A stretch of 64,000 bases of DNA. It comes from a virus. Below, piece by piece: positions 18,901-30,700 of the stretch. The notes under the pieces were generated by a model that did not search any database, was not told the origin of the DNA, and was given only the letters and a program-made list of their open reading frames with translations. The stretch is from positions 7,647 through 71,646 of the IMG/VR virus record IMGVR_UViG_3300024264_000024; one strand, given 5' to 3'. Every line of letters begins with the position of its first letter. The stretch's first letter is position 1. The position numbers and the translations under genes were made by a program.

Positions 18901-21739
18901 GAGTTTCTCTTTGTCCAATCTTATCTAAAAGCTCTTGCTTTTTTGCTTTGTAGATTTTATCCATAACAGCTAACATAACATCTGTTGACGTAGCCATATC
19001 TCTTGTATAAAGATCTACCAAACTAATATCATCTGCTTGAGTCATTAAATCATCCAAGTCTTCCTTAGTAAAGTAACTACCATCAGCACCAAATTCATTT
19101 GATGATCTAGTTCTTATAACTTCTTTTACATAATTGTTTAGTGCGTCTTTTATAAGTCCTAAGTCAGTCTTTGATGATCCTCCTGTAAGTTTGTTAATGC
19201 TTTGACCCATTGTTAAAACCAATGATCTCTGTGTAGCATTTAACTCTTTTATCTCAGTACCTTCTAAAGTATGTAAACCTTTAAATTTGTTTATGAATCT
19301 ATCAAAATTAAGTACATAAGTAATATATTCAGGCTTGCCAACATTCTTTGGATCTTCTATATACTCAGTAAAAGATCTAATTTGTTTTATTGCATCTTGT
19401 AATAGCTGAGTAAAAGCAACTGATCTAGCAATTGGACCCTCACTCTTTGCTATACTTATAAAAGCAATAGCTAAAGCAAGTGATTCTGTTTCTGCAGTTT
19501 TTGTTCTATCCATATAGATAGAGCTTCTTACTTGTTCTATTGCAGTTTTAGTATCTATCATAGCTGATTGATAAGTATTCAGTGCAGTTGCAATGACATT
19601 ATACTCTGGAAACTTTTCTGCTTCTATCTTATCTGCTAATGTAGCATCTTCTTCTATTTGTTCTGAACCTCTAAACACTGCATCTTCAGCATTTTTTGTT
19701 TCTTCCTCAAGTCTTTCTGCATTAAGGTTATCTTGCAATAGTGGAACTAACATGTTAACCATGTTTATATTTTCACTAGATGGATGGTCAATTAATTGAT
19801 CATATGTTATCCCTCCTGTAAATTTTTGATTTTGACCCTTACCTGTTATGCCTACTGTAACATGTATAGTAGATGCAGCACGGTCCCCTTCAAATACTTT
19901 ATACCCCATATTCTCAAACATTCTTCTGTACAAGTTCACTTGTAAGTTATGTTGAGTTCTAGTTGACAGCTTGTCTATACCTTGTTGTTTTAATAAACTC
20001 TCAGGAGAAAGGCCCCACTCTTTATCATAATATGACTTCTGTTGTCTACCGGCTTTAGTATCTATTATAGCTTGAGTACTTAAAGCATTCTTGCTTGTTT
20101 TTAAATCTACTATTCTAATACTACCATCTCTATCAACAATTACTAAATCAGCTGTACCAGCAAGTTTTGTTGCTTCATCAAAAACTACAACTTGTGTTAA
20201 TGCTATTGAGCCTTCTGGCTTAATATTCTTTAATGTAGTATCTAGAATGTTGTATGCTTCTTTTGCTTGCTCTTCATTTAACATGATCATTTGATCCATA
20301 ACACTAGCTACAGATTCATTTGCTACCAAAGCATCTAACAATGCATCAACATCATTTCCAATATCTAAATTAAGCTGTACATCTTTCTGATTAGCCAGCT
20401 TACCTTTAATTGCTGTAGTAACTGAAGTAAATATTTCACCATTAGTTATATCAACATATGTATGGTCTGCTTTATTAAGTGTAACAATTGTTGATCCATC
20501 ACTTGCATTAGCTGAATATGAATCAATAACTTCATCAACATTCATTGCTTGATGAAACAAGCGTTTGATGACTGCTCTTTGTGGACCACTTGATTCAGAA
20601 ATAATTTTATCAATTAACTTTTGTTTCTTAGGCGTTAAGCTATATCTAACTTTACCATCAACTCTCTTAGTTAATTTAAATTGGATACCCTCAGTATTTA
20701 ATAGTTTAGCTATATCAGACATAGAACTATTTGAGTTAATAACATCTACAGTTAATGGTCTACCTGTAATGTATTCATTAAGATTATTGATTACATTCTT
20801 AAACCATTCTAATAACTCTTTAATTTTTTCTACAAATCTTTGTGTAGGATTCTGCTCAAATTCTTTTTTAAAGTATCTAGCCAATCCTTGAGTTACTATT
20901 TCTAAGTCTCTCTCAACATCATTAAAGGTTCTTCCTTTGTTGTATTCTGCTTCAATCTCTTGAACCATAGCAGGGAAGTTAGTAGTTACTTCACCAAGCA
21001 AACTGTTAAATAAACCTTCATTGTCTACTTTAACTGCGTCTATAAATGGGTGTAGTATTTCCTCAATTGCTGTCTCGTCTGTTACTCTTCCTTTTATTAA
21101 GTAAGCTGTACCATCTACATAAAATGAATTAACTCTAGAAAAGTTTACATTATTTTTTTTCCATGCAGGTAAAGACTCATATAGATTTTTTGCATCTGCT
21201 ACACTTAACATTTTTATATCTACTTGTGGAAACATTTTCTTTAAATGTAATACCACAGCTCTTGATCTTGGAGTATCCCATGATCTTGTTTTCTCTATTA
21301 AGTCTCTTGCTGTGAACATGTCTTCATTGACTTGCACAACATATGATTTAGGAGTTCTAGTTATACTTACAGTAGATTCAGGTATATTATTTATTTCTAA
21401 ATATCTTTTTAATCTTTTTAAATTGCTAGATAAAAACATTTCATCATACTCCCTGGTTGCTGGATTAGAGTTATTCAAAAAGAATACCCCTTGATACATA
21501 GATCCTATTCTCTCTCTGCTTAAGTTTGTCAAAAGACTATCAGCAAAATCTTTTTGCTTTAATGAAAAAGCTATCTTTTGATCATTAACCATTTCTGCTG
21601 CTTCTAATACAGTAGGAAAAGCATCTGAGTTATTTAGCTCTTGCCATGTATTAATAACATCATTAGTAACTAATTCAGTATTGTATACATCTTGCAATGC
21701 TCTATATTCTCCTGTATTTTTATTAGGACATTTTGCCAT
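15971..21739 (-). CDS. Giant virion cargo protein with degenerate zincin and PD-(D/E)xK nuclease domains
   Basis: EEILH at the HExxH position; GTADLVIVDRDGSIRIVDLKTS...QVNLY nuclease motif; long helical C-terminal part; lies downstream of the vRNAP as in crAss-like phages. Confidence 0.75.
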   Translation of the reverse strand: MAKCPNKNTGEYRALQDVYNTELVTNDVINTWQELNNSDAFPTVLEAAEMVNDQKIAFSLKQKDFADSLLTNLSRERIGSMYQGVFFLNNSNPATREYDEMFLSSNLKRLKRYLEINNIPESTVSITRTPKSYVVQVNEDMFTARDLIEKTRSWDTPRSRAVVLHLKKMFPQVDIKMLSVADAKNLYESLPAWKKNNVNFSRVNSFYVDGTAYLIKGRVTDETAIEEILHPFIDAVKVDNEGLFNSLLGEVTTNFPAMVQEIEAEYNKGRTFNDVERDLEIVTQGLARYFKKEFEQNPTQRFVEKIKELLEWFKNVINNLNEYITGRPLTVDVINSNSSMSDIAKLLNTEGIQFKLTKRVDGKVRYSLTPKKQKLIDKIISESSGPQRAVIKRLFHQAMNVDEVIDSYSANASDGSTIVTLNKADHTYVDITNGEIFTSVTTAIKGKLANQKDVQLNLDIGNDVDALLDALVANESVASVMDQMIMLNEEQAKEAYNILDTTLKNIKPEGSIALTQVVVFDEATKLAGTADLVIVDRDGSIRIVDLKTSKNALSTQAIIDTKAGRQQKSYYDKEWGLSPESLLKQQGIDKLSTRTQHNLQVNLYRRMFENMGYKVFEGDRAASTIHVTVGITGKGQNQKFTGGITYDQLIDHPSSENINMVNMLVPLLQDNLNAERLEEETKNAEDAVFRGSEQIEEDATLADKIEAEKFPEYNVIATALNTYQSAMIDTKTAIEQVRSSIYMDRTKTAETESLALAIAFISIAKSEGPIARSVAFTQLLQDAIKQIRSFTEYIEDPKNVGKPEYITYVLNFDRFINKFKGLHTLEGTEIKELNATQRSLVLTMGQSINKLTGGSSKTDLGLIKDALNNYVKEVIRTRSSNEFGADGSYFTKEDLDDLMTQADDISLVDLYTRDMATSTDVMLAVMDKIYKAKKQELLDKIGQRETLIRNAGQKLLKLSNNKDLEKLYDFMLEYSDDGQFTGFYVKRIGQQYYQMQDEIRSRLYDNEGDPYYYRDITNLDDASKEDIDYNIKLANDKRALSDFFRAEIKNESGNPVDGEYHGYTQEFKDARDIYEYFVPGDESNPYGNWYRKPNISDAKYTTYEAKYYDMHAYTKAVRVNGQPIGSIVKDQSFRAAKKKFVTALSTSRSGRDMTSEKYGKIMKPNNALEQAQKEFYELFVGMFEGELLKMLPGGVMNQMTGRVPLVMNGVLNELKGKSSLYNKLYASTIGSRAWNTFKRTSSTKGISLDENNNLVNSMPIFYTGVPRTDAELDKVSKEIQAKKDELKKGEISSDDYKTDIAALNGKRQRLRSKPSMGQISTDLTSSLLKFSAMAQNYETMSTVEDTMNAFVKVIESREYEPSGDTKLTTVTKDGIKKAVGVKASTSTQQSNVERRAKKWINMVFYDNELISKGAFDKIADGLIQLSSLSYVAFNPFGNFNNYVIGRINNNIEMLGGRFYKKGSYMRSSAEFNKKALMSLVQRTSYTGESTRDLADIATFGMIPGLGKSDYDPKKANNKWEAFVDMFRMMDSMSDLREQGAGYETSQGRSWFERASEWGYVMQDAAEYNVQTKVGMAMLMDIVVKNTTKGHPLEGTELSFYDAFTYNSETHKNEIKEGFNTIIYNGVEQEYTDAIRYEIRNKIREVNKQIHGNYAKEDRMVIQSNTIGNLAAQFKKWVAPAVRARYQREYFDQNLGWMEGRYLSFWSFLGYAKREIMKGNIAFTTYGQGFMEAQVKTVTGKDGVKRKIGYDGKGGNADQRAQNKLFGFYRTMGEIGIILSTLAISMILDNILSDDDDDDLTKRLKNMIKYQAQRAYKETVIFNPIPGLGGYTQMRQMFDSPLAASRTMGELAEAMYYLVATPLAYTTQSKDEFYLNSEHVYQRGSKKGSLKVYKNWKDVLPIIYSIQKYNSYLQNDDFYMGTK

Positions 21740-21745
21740 TTCTAT

Positions 21746-24700
21746 CTATTTTAATATGCAACGTTTAATATTATCTATAAAATCTTTCTGACTCTCTTCA
21801 GATGTCTTTGCTGCATCTTTAGAAAACCTGCTTTCATATGCCTCAATCATATTAGACAAAGGAAACAAATTTTGATTAATTAATGTCAGTCTAGCAGCTT
21901 TATCTTTTGTAATAGCATCAAACTCTTCAGTAATTATATCATAAGAATCAGCAAGTTCAAATTGTAAATCTAATGTAAGTTGTTCTTGTTCAGCTGTCAT
22001 CTCTGGCATTGCTTGATCAACATCTTCTATTATATTTCCTTCTAATTCTTGTTCATTTATTGATTGTTTATCATCTTTCTTTTGAGCCTTGAGTTGTTTT
22101 ATATCTGATATATTAACACCTCTGCCTTCTACATCATAACTAATATTTACACCCTCTTCAGTAGCTGTAATTATTGAACTTTCATTTTTTAAAGCCTCTT
22201 GCTGAACAAACTTATTTTCATCAATTGACATTTCACTTATTTCTGATTCAATCTTTTTAACATCTAAAGCAGTACCTGCTACCCCTCCGTTGCTTCTTAC
22301 ATATTCTCTAACTTCAGTATATGTTGGTCTATCTCCAAACATAAATCCAATTCCATTTTGTTGATTAGACCCCATTGTATCTACTTCATTAAATACATTT
22401 TGTTTGATAGATGATAACTGAGTGTTATATCTAAATGTCTTATATACTTTTTGACCTGTTACATTACCAAAACCAACTCTTAAGTATTTAACTAATGGTG
22501 CCTCAGCAGATCCTTCTGTATTCTTTATTACTAATTTCTTTTCTGTTCTATCATATCTAACTGTGCTTGGTAATGGTGTTATTTCATCTGTCTCAATTGT
22601 AAACAACTTAGAGTTATTTGCATTAGATAATAAATAACCATCAGAAAATTCAGCTTTCATCTCATCTACTGTTATACCAAATGTATCTACAAATGATATT
22701 TCACCTTTCAGTGCTTTCTCAACAGATGGTAATGTATCTAAATAAGAAGTTAATACTACAGGGCTTATTACTGATAGTAAAGAACCATAGCCCAATTGTA
22801 AACCACCTTTAACCATTTCATAGTTAATGATTGTTTTAGCATCATTTCTAGTTTCTAATGAACCATACAGCTTAGCAAAGTCATTTTGAAGTTGAATCTT
22901 TTGACCCGCATTAAGTTGTCTAAATGTATTAGAGTTTGCTTGATTAAATCCTGCATTACTTTCTGATGCTTTTGTTGTAATCACATAATTATCTAAGAAG
23001 AAATTATTCTTACCTACATCAGTAGTACGCAATCTATCAATAACATCTACTATAGAATTATATTCTGTTGGATAAATTATATCATTGCTTAATGTTGCTA
23101 CTGACTGAGCATCACTATCCAAACCTTTTTTCTGATATGCTTTAATAGATAAGTAAGAAAGTAAATCTAATCTCACCTTTGCCATCACATCTTCTGTAAA
23201 CTCTATTGTATTAGTGTTCATTTGACTAATAGCAGGATCTAATATTTCATTAAACTGTGGTATTGTAGATATAAAAGTAGCAGGCAATAAATCATTTGTT
23301 ATTTGAGTAAATATTTTCAAATAAGTATTTTGCCAAGTGTTTCCATAATATATAGGTTTTACATCCATAGGTAACTCTAAACCAGGAGCAGCATTAAATA
23401 AAGAAGCAGTGTCTTTATATTTTTGATTTACTTCAGCAATGCTAGCACCTAAACCTTTTGTTAAACTAGTAGGAGCTCCCATCTTAGATGTAAATTCTTT
23501 TAGCTGTGTTCCTTTTGAAAACACATTAAGTATGCTCCACATTTCATCTGTACTCACATCTTCAGGGTTATTAAGTGCATCTATTAATAATGCATCATCA
23601 ACACGTACAAATTTTCTTTTGCCTTTTACCCTTTCTAATTGTGCTATTGTAAGATCTGTAAGCTTACTAACTCCCGGATCTAATTTAGAAGATTTGTTTA
23701 ATGCCTGAGAATATATATCCTGTATAGTAGGATTATTAACTAATAGTAATGCTGTCTTTAATGGTACAGTCAATGCTGTTAAATTAGCCAATAAACCAAC
23801 AGCATGTCTATTTAAACCTAACTTAGCAACCAAACGGTCTTTAGCATTATCAGTAGCCATTGTTATTAAAGCTGAAAGAACATCTTGCTTTCTACCTCCT
23901 TGTTTATATTCTGTCTTACCATAATCATTATAGGCTTGACCATTCAAATATATTGCAGCTTTCTTAGTAAGTTTAACGTTATACTCTGTAAGCAAGCTTA
24001 AGTATAAGTTAGGTAATACAACTGCTCCAATTGATGCCCCTTTATTAGCAGTAAATGCTTTTATCTTACCGGTCATATTATCTACATCAATATTCCCTTC
24101 TTCAATTCTTTCTTTAAATACATCAGAAACTTCTGCTAGCTCAGCAAGAACACCTGTTCTAGTCTTAGCATCCCAAAGAACATTTGTATTTGCAGCTTGA
24201 TAAGAAATAGGCACCCCATCCTTAGATTCAGAAACACCTTTGTTACCAATTAAAGCATATCTATAATCTAAAACTTGATTGTTTAATGGAGCTGCAAATG
24301 GTACACCATGTTTTTCATTATATGTATCAAATTGACTTGACGTAACTGGCAAACCTAATGTTTGTAATGCTCTTATAGTTCTTTTTTCTAATCCTGCTTT
24401 TAATGCTGATTTTATTTGAGCATCTGTAACTTCAGTTGCTCCCTTTAATTCATTGCCTGCAAATAAACTTAATGCCTCAGAGTAAGTTGTACCTGGTGTA
24501 TTTGTTTTTTGATTTGCATATCTAATATACTCTTCATATAAATTACCTTTACCATACTCTATAAATTCTCCGTCTTGCACATAGAATTCTTTCATCAAAG
24601 AGAAAACCTTATCTATATCAAAATCTGCTCCTGATACTTCAACAAGTTCTTTTGCAAACATTGCTGTTGATCCATAGTATGCTGGTAGGAAATCTACCAT

Positions 24701-27700
24701 CTTCATGTTTACAGCAGAATGATTATCTTGAGAAGGAATTCTTACACCAAACATTTTTGATATTGCTTCTGGTAATTTAGCACTTGGTACATTTTCAATT
24801 AAGTCCATCACATTTTTATAATGTGAAGGCATCATCATCTCAGTATACCTCAGACCAGTAGAAGTATTTTTATCTTTTGGGTCTGTATATTCCATAAGAC
24901 CATGTCTTAAATCATCCAATACAATTAAACCTTCTGATAAACCTTTTGTGTCAGATGTAATAGTATTTAGGTCAGTTAAATCATTTGTAGAATATTCTTC
25001 AGCAAATGTTTTTTCTCTAATTATCTCTGATCTAACAGGTATAGTAATAAAGTCTCCATTCTTTTCTATGGTTTCTACTTCATAAACTCTTCTATATACT
25101 TTGTTACCAAAATCTGATAACAGTGTAAGTGAAGTACCCGGTGATTTTTCTGACAACACTCCCTTGCTAAAATAAGATAAGAATAGCTGTTCTGCTTTTT
25201 GAACAACCAACGGATTGTTAAGATCATAATTTTGAACACCATCAGTCATAGAAAAGAAATCTAATATTTGTTGACTAGACTTTGATGCTTTTAAACCTTC
25301 TTGTGCATAAGTAAGGAATGCTGCTAAATTTGGAGTAACCCCTCCTCCTGGTTTTGAAGATAATTTTAATTCATCTAATGCAGTCTCTAATGTAAAGACT
25401 AAGTTTCTTTTGTTTTTATAATTTAAAACAACTCTTTGTGAAATAGCTTTATTATATGCTTTCTTAATTTCACCAACAGTTAATCCTAATGCCTCAACCT
25501 TTACATTATCTTTTTGTTCAGATGTAATTATTTGTTTGATCTGTGTAGGATCTAACATCTCTAATTTATTACTTGGGTTAATTACTTGTAGACCCATATA
25601 TCTAGCATCTAATTGTGTTGCAGGATTTGTAAATGGTTTAGGGTTATCTAATTCTTCTAAAGTATTAACACCTTGCTTCTTCATTTTAATTGCACTCAAT
25701 GGAGCTGCAATACCTAATGTTTCTGCATTTGGTTCTGACTCAATTGCTTCTAATTTAACTCTTAAATTGTGTAGCTTAACTCTATGTGGTTTAGCAATCC
25801 AGGTTCCATCTTCTAGTTGTCTAGAAGTAAACTCAGGTGTAAGAACAAAAGCAGACATCTTAAGAAAAGTAGAACCATCTCCGTATACAAGCTTTTTAGA
25901 ATTAAGCATTGCACCTTTTTTAATATATCCTTCTGATGCTTCAACTGATCCAAATATATCATCAGAGGTAATGCTTTGACCTGCTTCTATATTATCTATC
26001 ATAGCTGCTTGACTTGGGCTAAGTCTACCAAAACCAAACCATAAATATCTAAATGCTTTAGTTGTAAGATACATTTGTGCATCAGCTTGATCAATGTTTT
26101 GTCCTGTTATACTAGATTCACCAACAGGCTCTTGTAAAGTTACCAGAGATATTTTTTCTACATTGTGTGTTACTCCATGTGATGGAGCACTAACAGCACT
26201 GTATGCACTATCATATGCAGCATTCTGCATTTTTGCTCTTTTAATTCTATCAACTGAATCTTTTAAAGAGACAGCTTGATCACCAAGAATAATTTCATTA
26301 ATTGCTCCTGTGTTTGCCCAGTCATTAAAAAATATTTGTTTTAAGTTATGAGTAGTATCATAATTAAGGTTGAGTAATCTAGCTGAATCAACTAATTCTT
26401 TTCTTTGTACACCTGCTGCATTAACCGGGCCTTCTGATACATTGTTAGATATATCATTAAGCATGTTCAATTCAGTCAAGGTATTCATAAACTGATCAAA
26501 AGAGTTATTAAGATTAAGCTTGACATTATTCTTTAAAGCTTTTAATGTAGAGATTTCTTTTATTGCAGCATCAAGAGTTATTTCTTTTTTTGCTTTTCCT
26601 TCTCTAATAGCTATTTGTCTTAGCTTTTCCTGTACATCACTTGATATTACTGTAGAGTTATTAGTAAACTGATATGCTCTACCATTTTTTGTATTGTAAC
26701 CTAGAATTTCATTCTCTTGAGTAAGAGAGTCCATTGTAAATGCTTCTCTATTTATTCTTGCAAACTCAGTTCTAATTCTATCTACAAATACATTAATTAA
26801 TTTATCTGATAAAGTTGATGTACCATTATTAAAATCAACAGCCTTTAATACAGGCAGTGATATTAAATCTCCAGTATTAGACGCTTCCATTACTCTAATT
26901 AATACTGGTGCCAATGCTCTTTTAAACTTGTTTCCTTTTACATCTACTCCCTCAACACTATCTACTTTATTACTCTTAGTATTTAATAATGCTGTATAGT
27001 TATTGATTACAGCTAATGCAAACTCTTGAGATGTAAAATCTCCATATGTTTGTGTAGAAGTAATTCCTGTGATACTATCATTTAAATCTTGTTCAGATGA
27101 TAAAACTTGTCCAACTTTACTCCCCGCTATTCTTAAAACCTTTAATCTATTTTCAGCAGATAACAATTCAAAAGCTGCACTATTCAATAAGAAGTTATTT
27201 AATAAATATTCATCAGAAAGTTTTAACTCATCTATTTTACCTGGGTTATTTAAATCAGCAATTGATTTTAAATGTAACGTAGGTTTTTGATGAGCGTATA
27301 CTAAATCACCATTTGGATTTTTAAATACTGATGCACCAATAGTTTCATCAAACGGTGCACTGTGTATACTCATTTCTCTTAACCTAGAGTCCATACCAGA
27401 ATCATCAGTAGCAAAAATATCAGCATTGTTTTGTATTATATCAGACATCATTTTTATATCTGTAGCAAGCAATGGTGTTTCATCACTATATAAATTAACT
27501 AATGCTTTTTGTTTTACTGTGTTTTTAGGTCTGTTTTGTAATATACTATATTGTAAATACAAAGGGCTTAACCTTATACCTACCAAATCAAATAGTTTTC
27601 TTGAAAAATCTAGTGATATATCTGAAAGAGCTTGATTAGTCAATGTTGTTTTAGAGCTAGCTTTCTTATCTTTTTTTGCAGGTTGTTTCTTTCCACTCAG

Positions 27701-30700
27701 ATAAGTTTCAAACTCTTCAAGCATAGTAAGCGTTTGGTCTTTTGTATTTTTATCTGATTTAATTATTTTCCATTTGCTTATCCAAGCTTGATTCCATCTG
27801 TCAAGTTGAGAGTTTATATCATCTCTTTGAGCTGCAGAATAAATTCTAATATTACCAAGCTCATCTCTTTCATTAAATATGTAATCTACTCTAAAGTTTT
27901 CAAATGCTTTTACAACAGATTGTAATAAACTAGGATTAGTAAGATTACCCAATGACTTAGAACTTACTAATTCATCAGTAGTAATTCCAACATCTTGTAA
28001 TAATCTATTTACTACTGCACCTACTTGTGCATTTTCCTGACCAAAGAAATACATGCTTTGTAAAATCTTTTTTGGATCAGATATATTTTTAACTGCTTTA
28101 AGCAAACCATTGTAAGCTTCTACAAAATCTACAGCAACAATTAAAGGTACCCCATCTTTTAATTCTGTATTACCAAAGTAATCTGTTTCAGATAAAGTAG
28201 TAGTAGCAATATATGTTTTTAGCTTAGAGGATAAAGAGGTATGTCCTCCTATTAAAGAAGCATCAATATCATATTGTGATGTGCTTCTTAAACCTGTACT
28301 ATCTTCTAATTCATCTAATGTATAATCAGTTTCATTAATTTGATCACCTAAAACATTTAGTAATTTGATTACTTCTGTTTTAATTTCTACATCATATATA
28401 TCAAAAGCTTCTTCAATCTCTTCTAACTTTTCAATCTGAGTATCACTCTTTTCTAAGTTATTTGGATTTGATGGGCTATATAACCATGCAAAATCATTTA
28501 GTATTTCATCCATTTCAACGGCAGGACTATATGTTGCTTCTGTAATTTTAGATGTCCTATCTAAATACATAGCAGCAATACTTCTAATCAAAGGATCTGC
28601 AATATCATTATCTAAGTATAAATAACCTGTTCTTACATTTCCACTGTTATCTTCCGTTTGTATTGGACTATAAGGTACTAATGCATTTGCTTCTAGTGTT
28701 ACACCTTCCTGTAAACTTTGTGTAAACTCATTACTAGCTAATGGAGCATTTTGATATTTACCAGCGTCAATGCTTTCAAATAAAACTGATAGCTCATTTT
28801 TAGCAGGTGTGCTAAATAAAGTTTTAATAAAATCAAGAATTCTTGTAAACAAAGATTTTATCTCTGGAGAACTCTTAGTTTTTGATGGAGACATTTTAAA
28901 CTTCTCAAACTCATCTGCTAAATATTCTTCATAGTATTCATTCATTAACTCTTTCTCAGTCATATTACTATATGTATCTGCAGAGTTTCTAAATATTTCT
29001 AATTCTGTTTTAAAGTTTTTACCCTCAGATCTTAACTTAGCTCTTACTTCTTTTCTAGCAATAGAACGGTATCTTTGTATTTCTGTATCAGATAATAACA
29101 TTCTAAACACACTATGAAAAGCTTCATGATATTTAAAAGGAGATGTGGCACCAGTATAAATAGTTCCGTCAACTGTAAGTCCTCCAGCAATATTTTTTAA
29201 AGACATTACAAAGGCTCCAACTCTCATACCGCCAGCCTTTTGATTGTTTCTTAGCTGATCTATATCTTCTATAGTAATGTATGATGGTAAAGCTCCTAAT
29301 GCCCAAGCACTAAATGTATCTATATTCTCAATTTCTTGTTCATTTAATTCTGTAAAAGGAAGAATCTTATTACTTATGTTACCTAGCTTTCTTACTTTTT
29401 CTTTTAGCTTCTGATACTCTTCATTATTCTTTAATACTTTACGTACACTTCTGCCATCTACACCTTCAGACAATTTAGCTTTTAAAGCTTGTAATTCAGC
29501 TTGAGCTACAGCCAATGGTGTATTTGAAGTTTGTTGTGTTGGTTCTAAATAATCAACACCTCTTTGAAACCAAGCCTGTATTTTTCCTCCTAGACCAGGT
29601 ATTGCAGATTTGGCTTGTTCTAGTGATACTCCGTTAGCTTTAAGTGACTCTGCTACCTCAAAACCTGAAGCATCTATGTTAAAAAATAAACCTCCTCCAG
29701 TGTAGATAGATATTAATTCTTTTACACCAGGGCTTCTTTCACCAGTATACTCTATGTCATTGTTAATAGTTACAGATCCTGCACCACCTTCTTTTGCAAC
29801 TAACATATTGATTTTACTTTCTAAAAACTTATATGCTTGTTGTTCACGTGCTGATAACTCTTCACCTCTTACTATTTTGTTTACTATGTGACCTAAGAAT
29901 TCTTTTTTAAAGGTTGCAAACTCTTCTTCCAGTTGTGCATCAAACTCTGCATCAGATAAATCAAGTATACTTTCTGCTGCTTCTTCAGCAATTGTATATT
30001 GAGCATTAGGTTTTACATCATTAGTTTTATTATCATTAACTGTTGCAGCAGCATCTCTTGAAGCTTGAATGTCTGCAGATGTTCCTATAACTCTTAAAGA
30101 CTGATTTTCTATAACACTTGGTAATACATTAGTTTCAGAATTATTTATAACTTCTTCAACTGATGCTGTATCAGCAAATGATCTTCTTAAATTGTTTACT
30201 GTAACATTTACTCCAGCAAGATTAATTTCTGTGTCTTCATTAAAATTGTTAATTAAAGTTTGAATTTTTTTAACAGAAGACATCTTCTTGTCATTTATAA
30301 TCTTTTGATTAATGGTTATAGTCTCACCTACTTGCTTCTTACTATTCTTATCAAAAACATCCATTTGTATTTTACCCCATGGAGTTACTTGTAAAGCTAC
30401 ACTGAAACCTGGTTTAGTACTTATGAATAAACCATTGGACAAATCATCATTGTATTCTATATTATATGCTTCATTTTTTGCTTCACCTTTCTCATCTAGG
30501 TTTTCTTTTTGAGTTAGCTGTGCTCTCTCAATAAGTTCTGTATATAAATTTTCAACTTCTTCCTGTGAAAATCTAGTGGTTTTTAAATTAACTAATCCGT
30601 ATTGACCGTTAGGTAAAAGTACAGCAGCTAAATATCTATCTGTTCCTGCAATCATAGCATCCCATTGCCCAGACTGCTCTAGTGCTGTCTTAACTTTATT

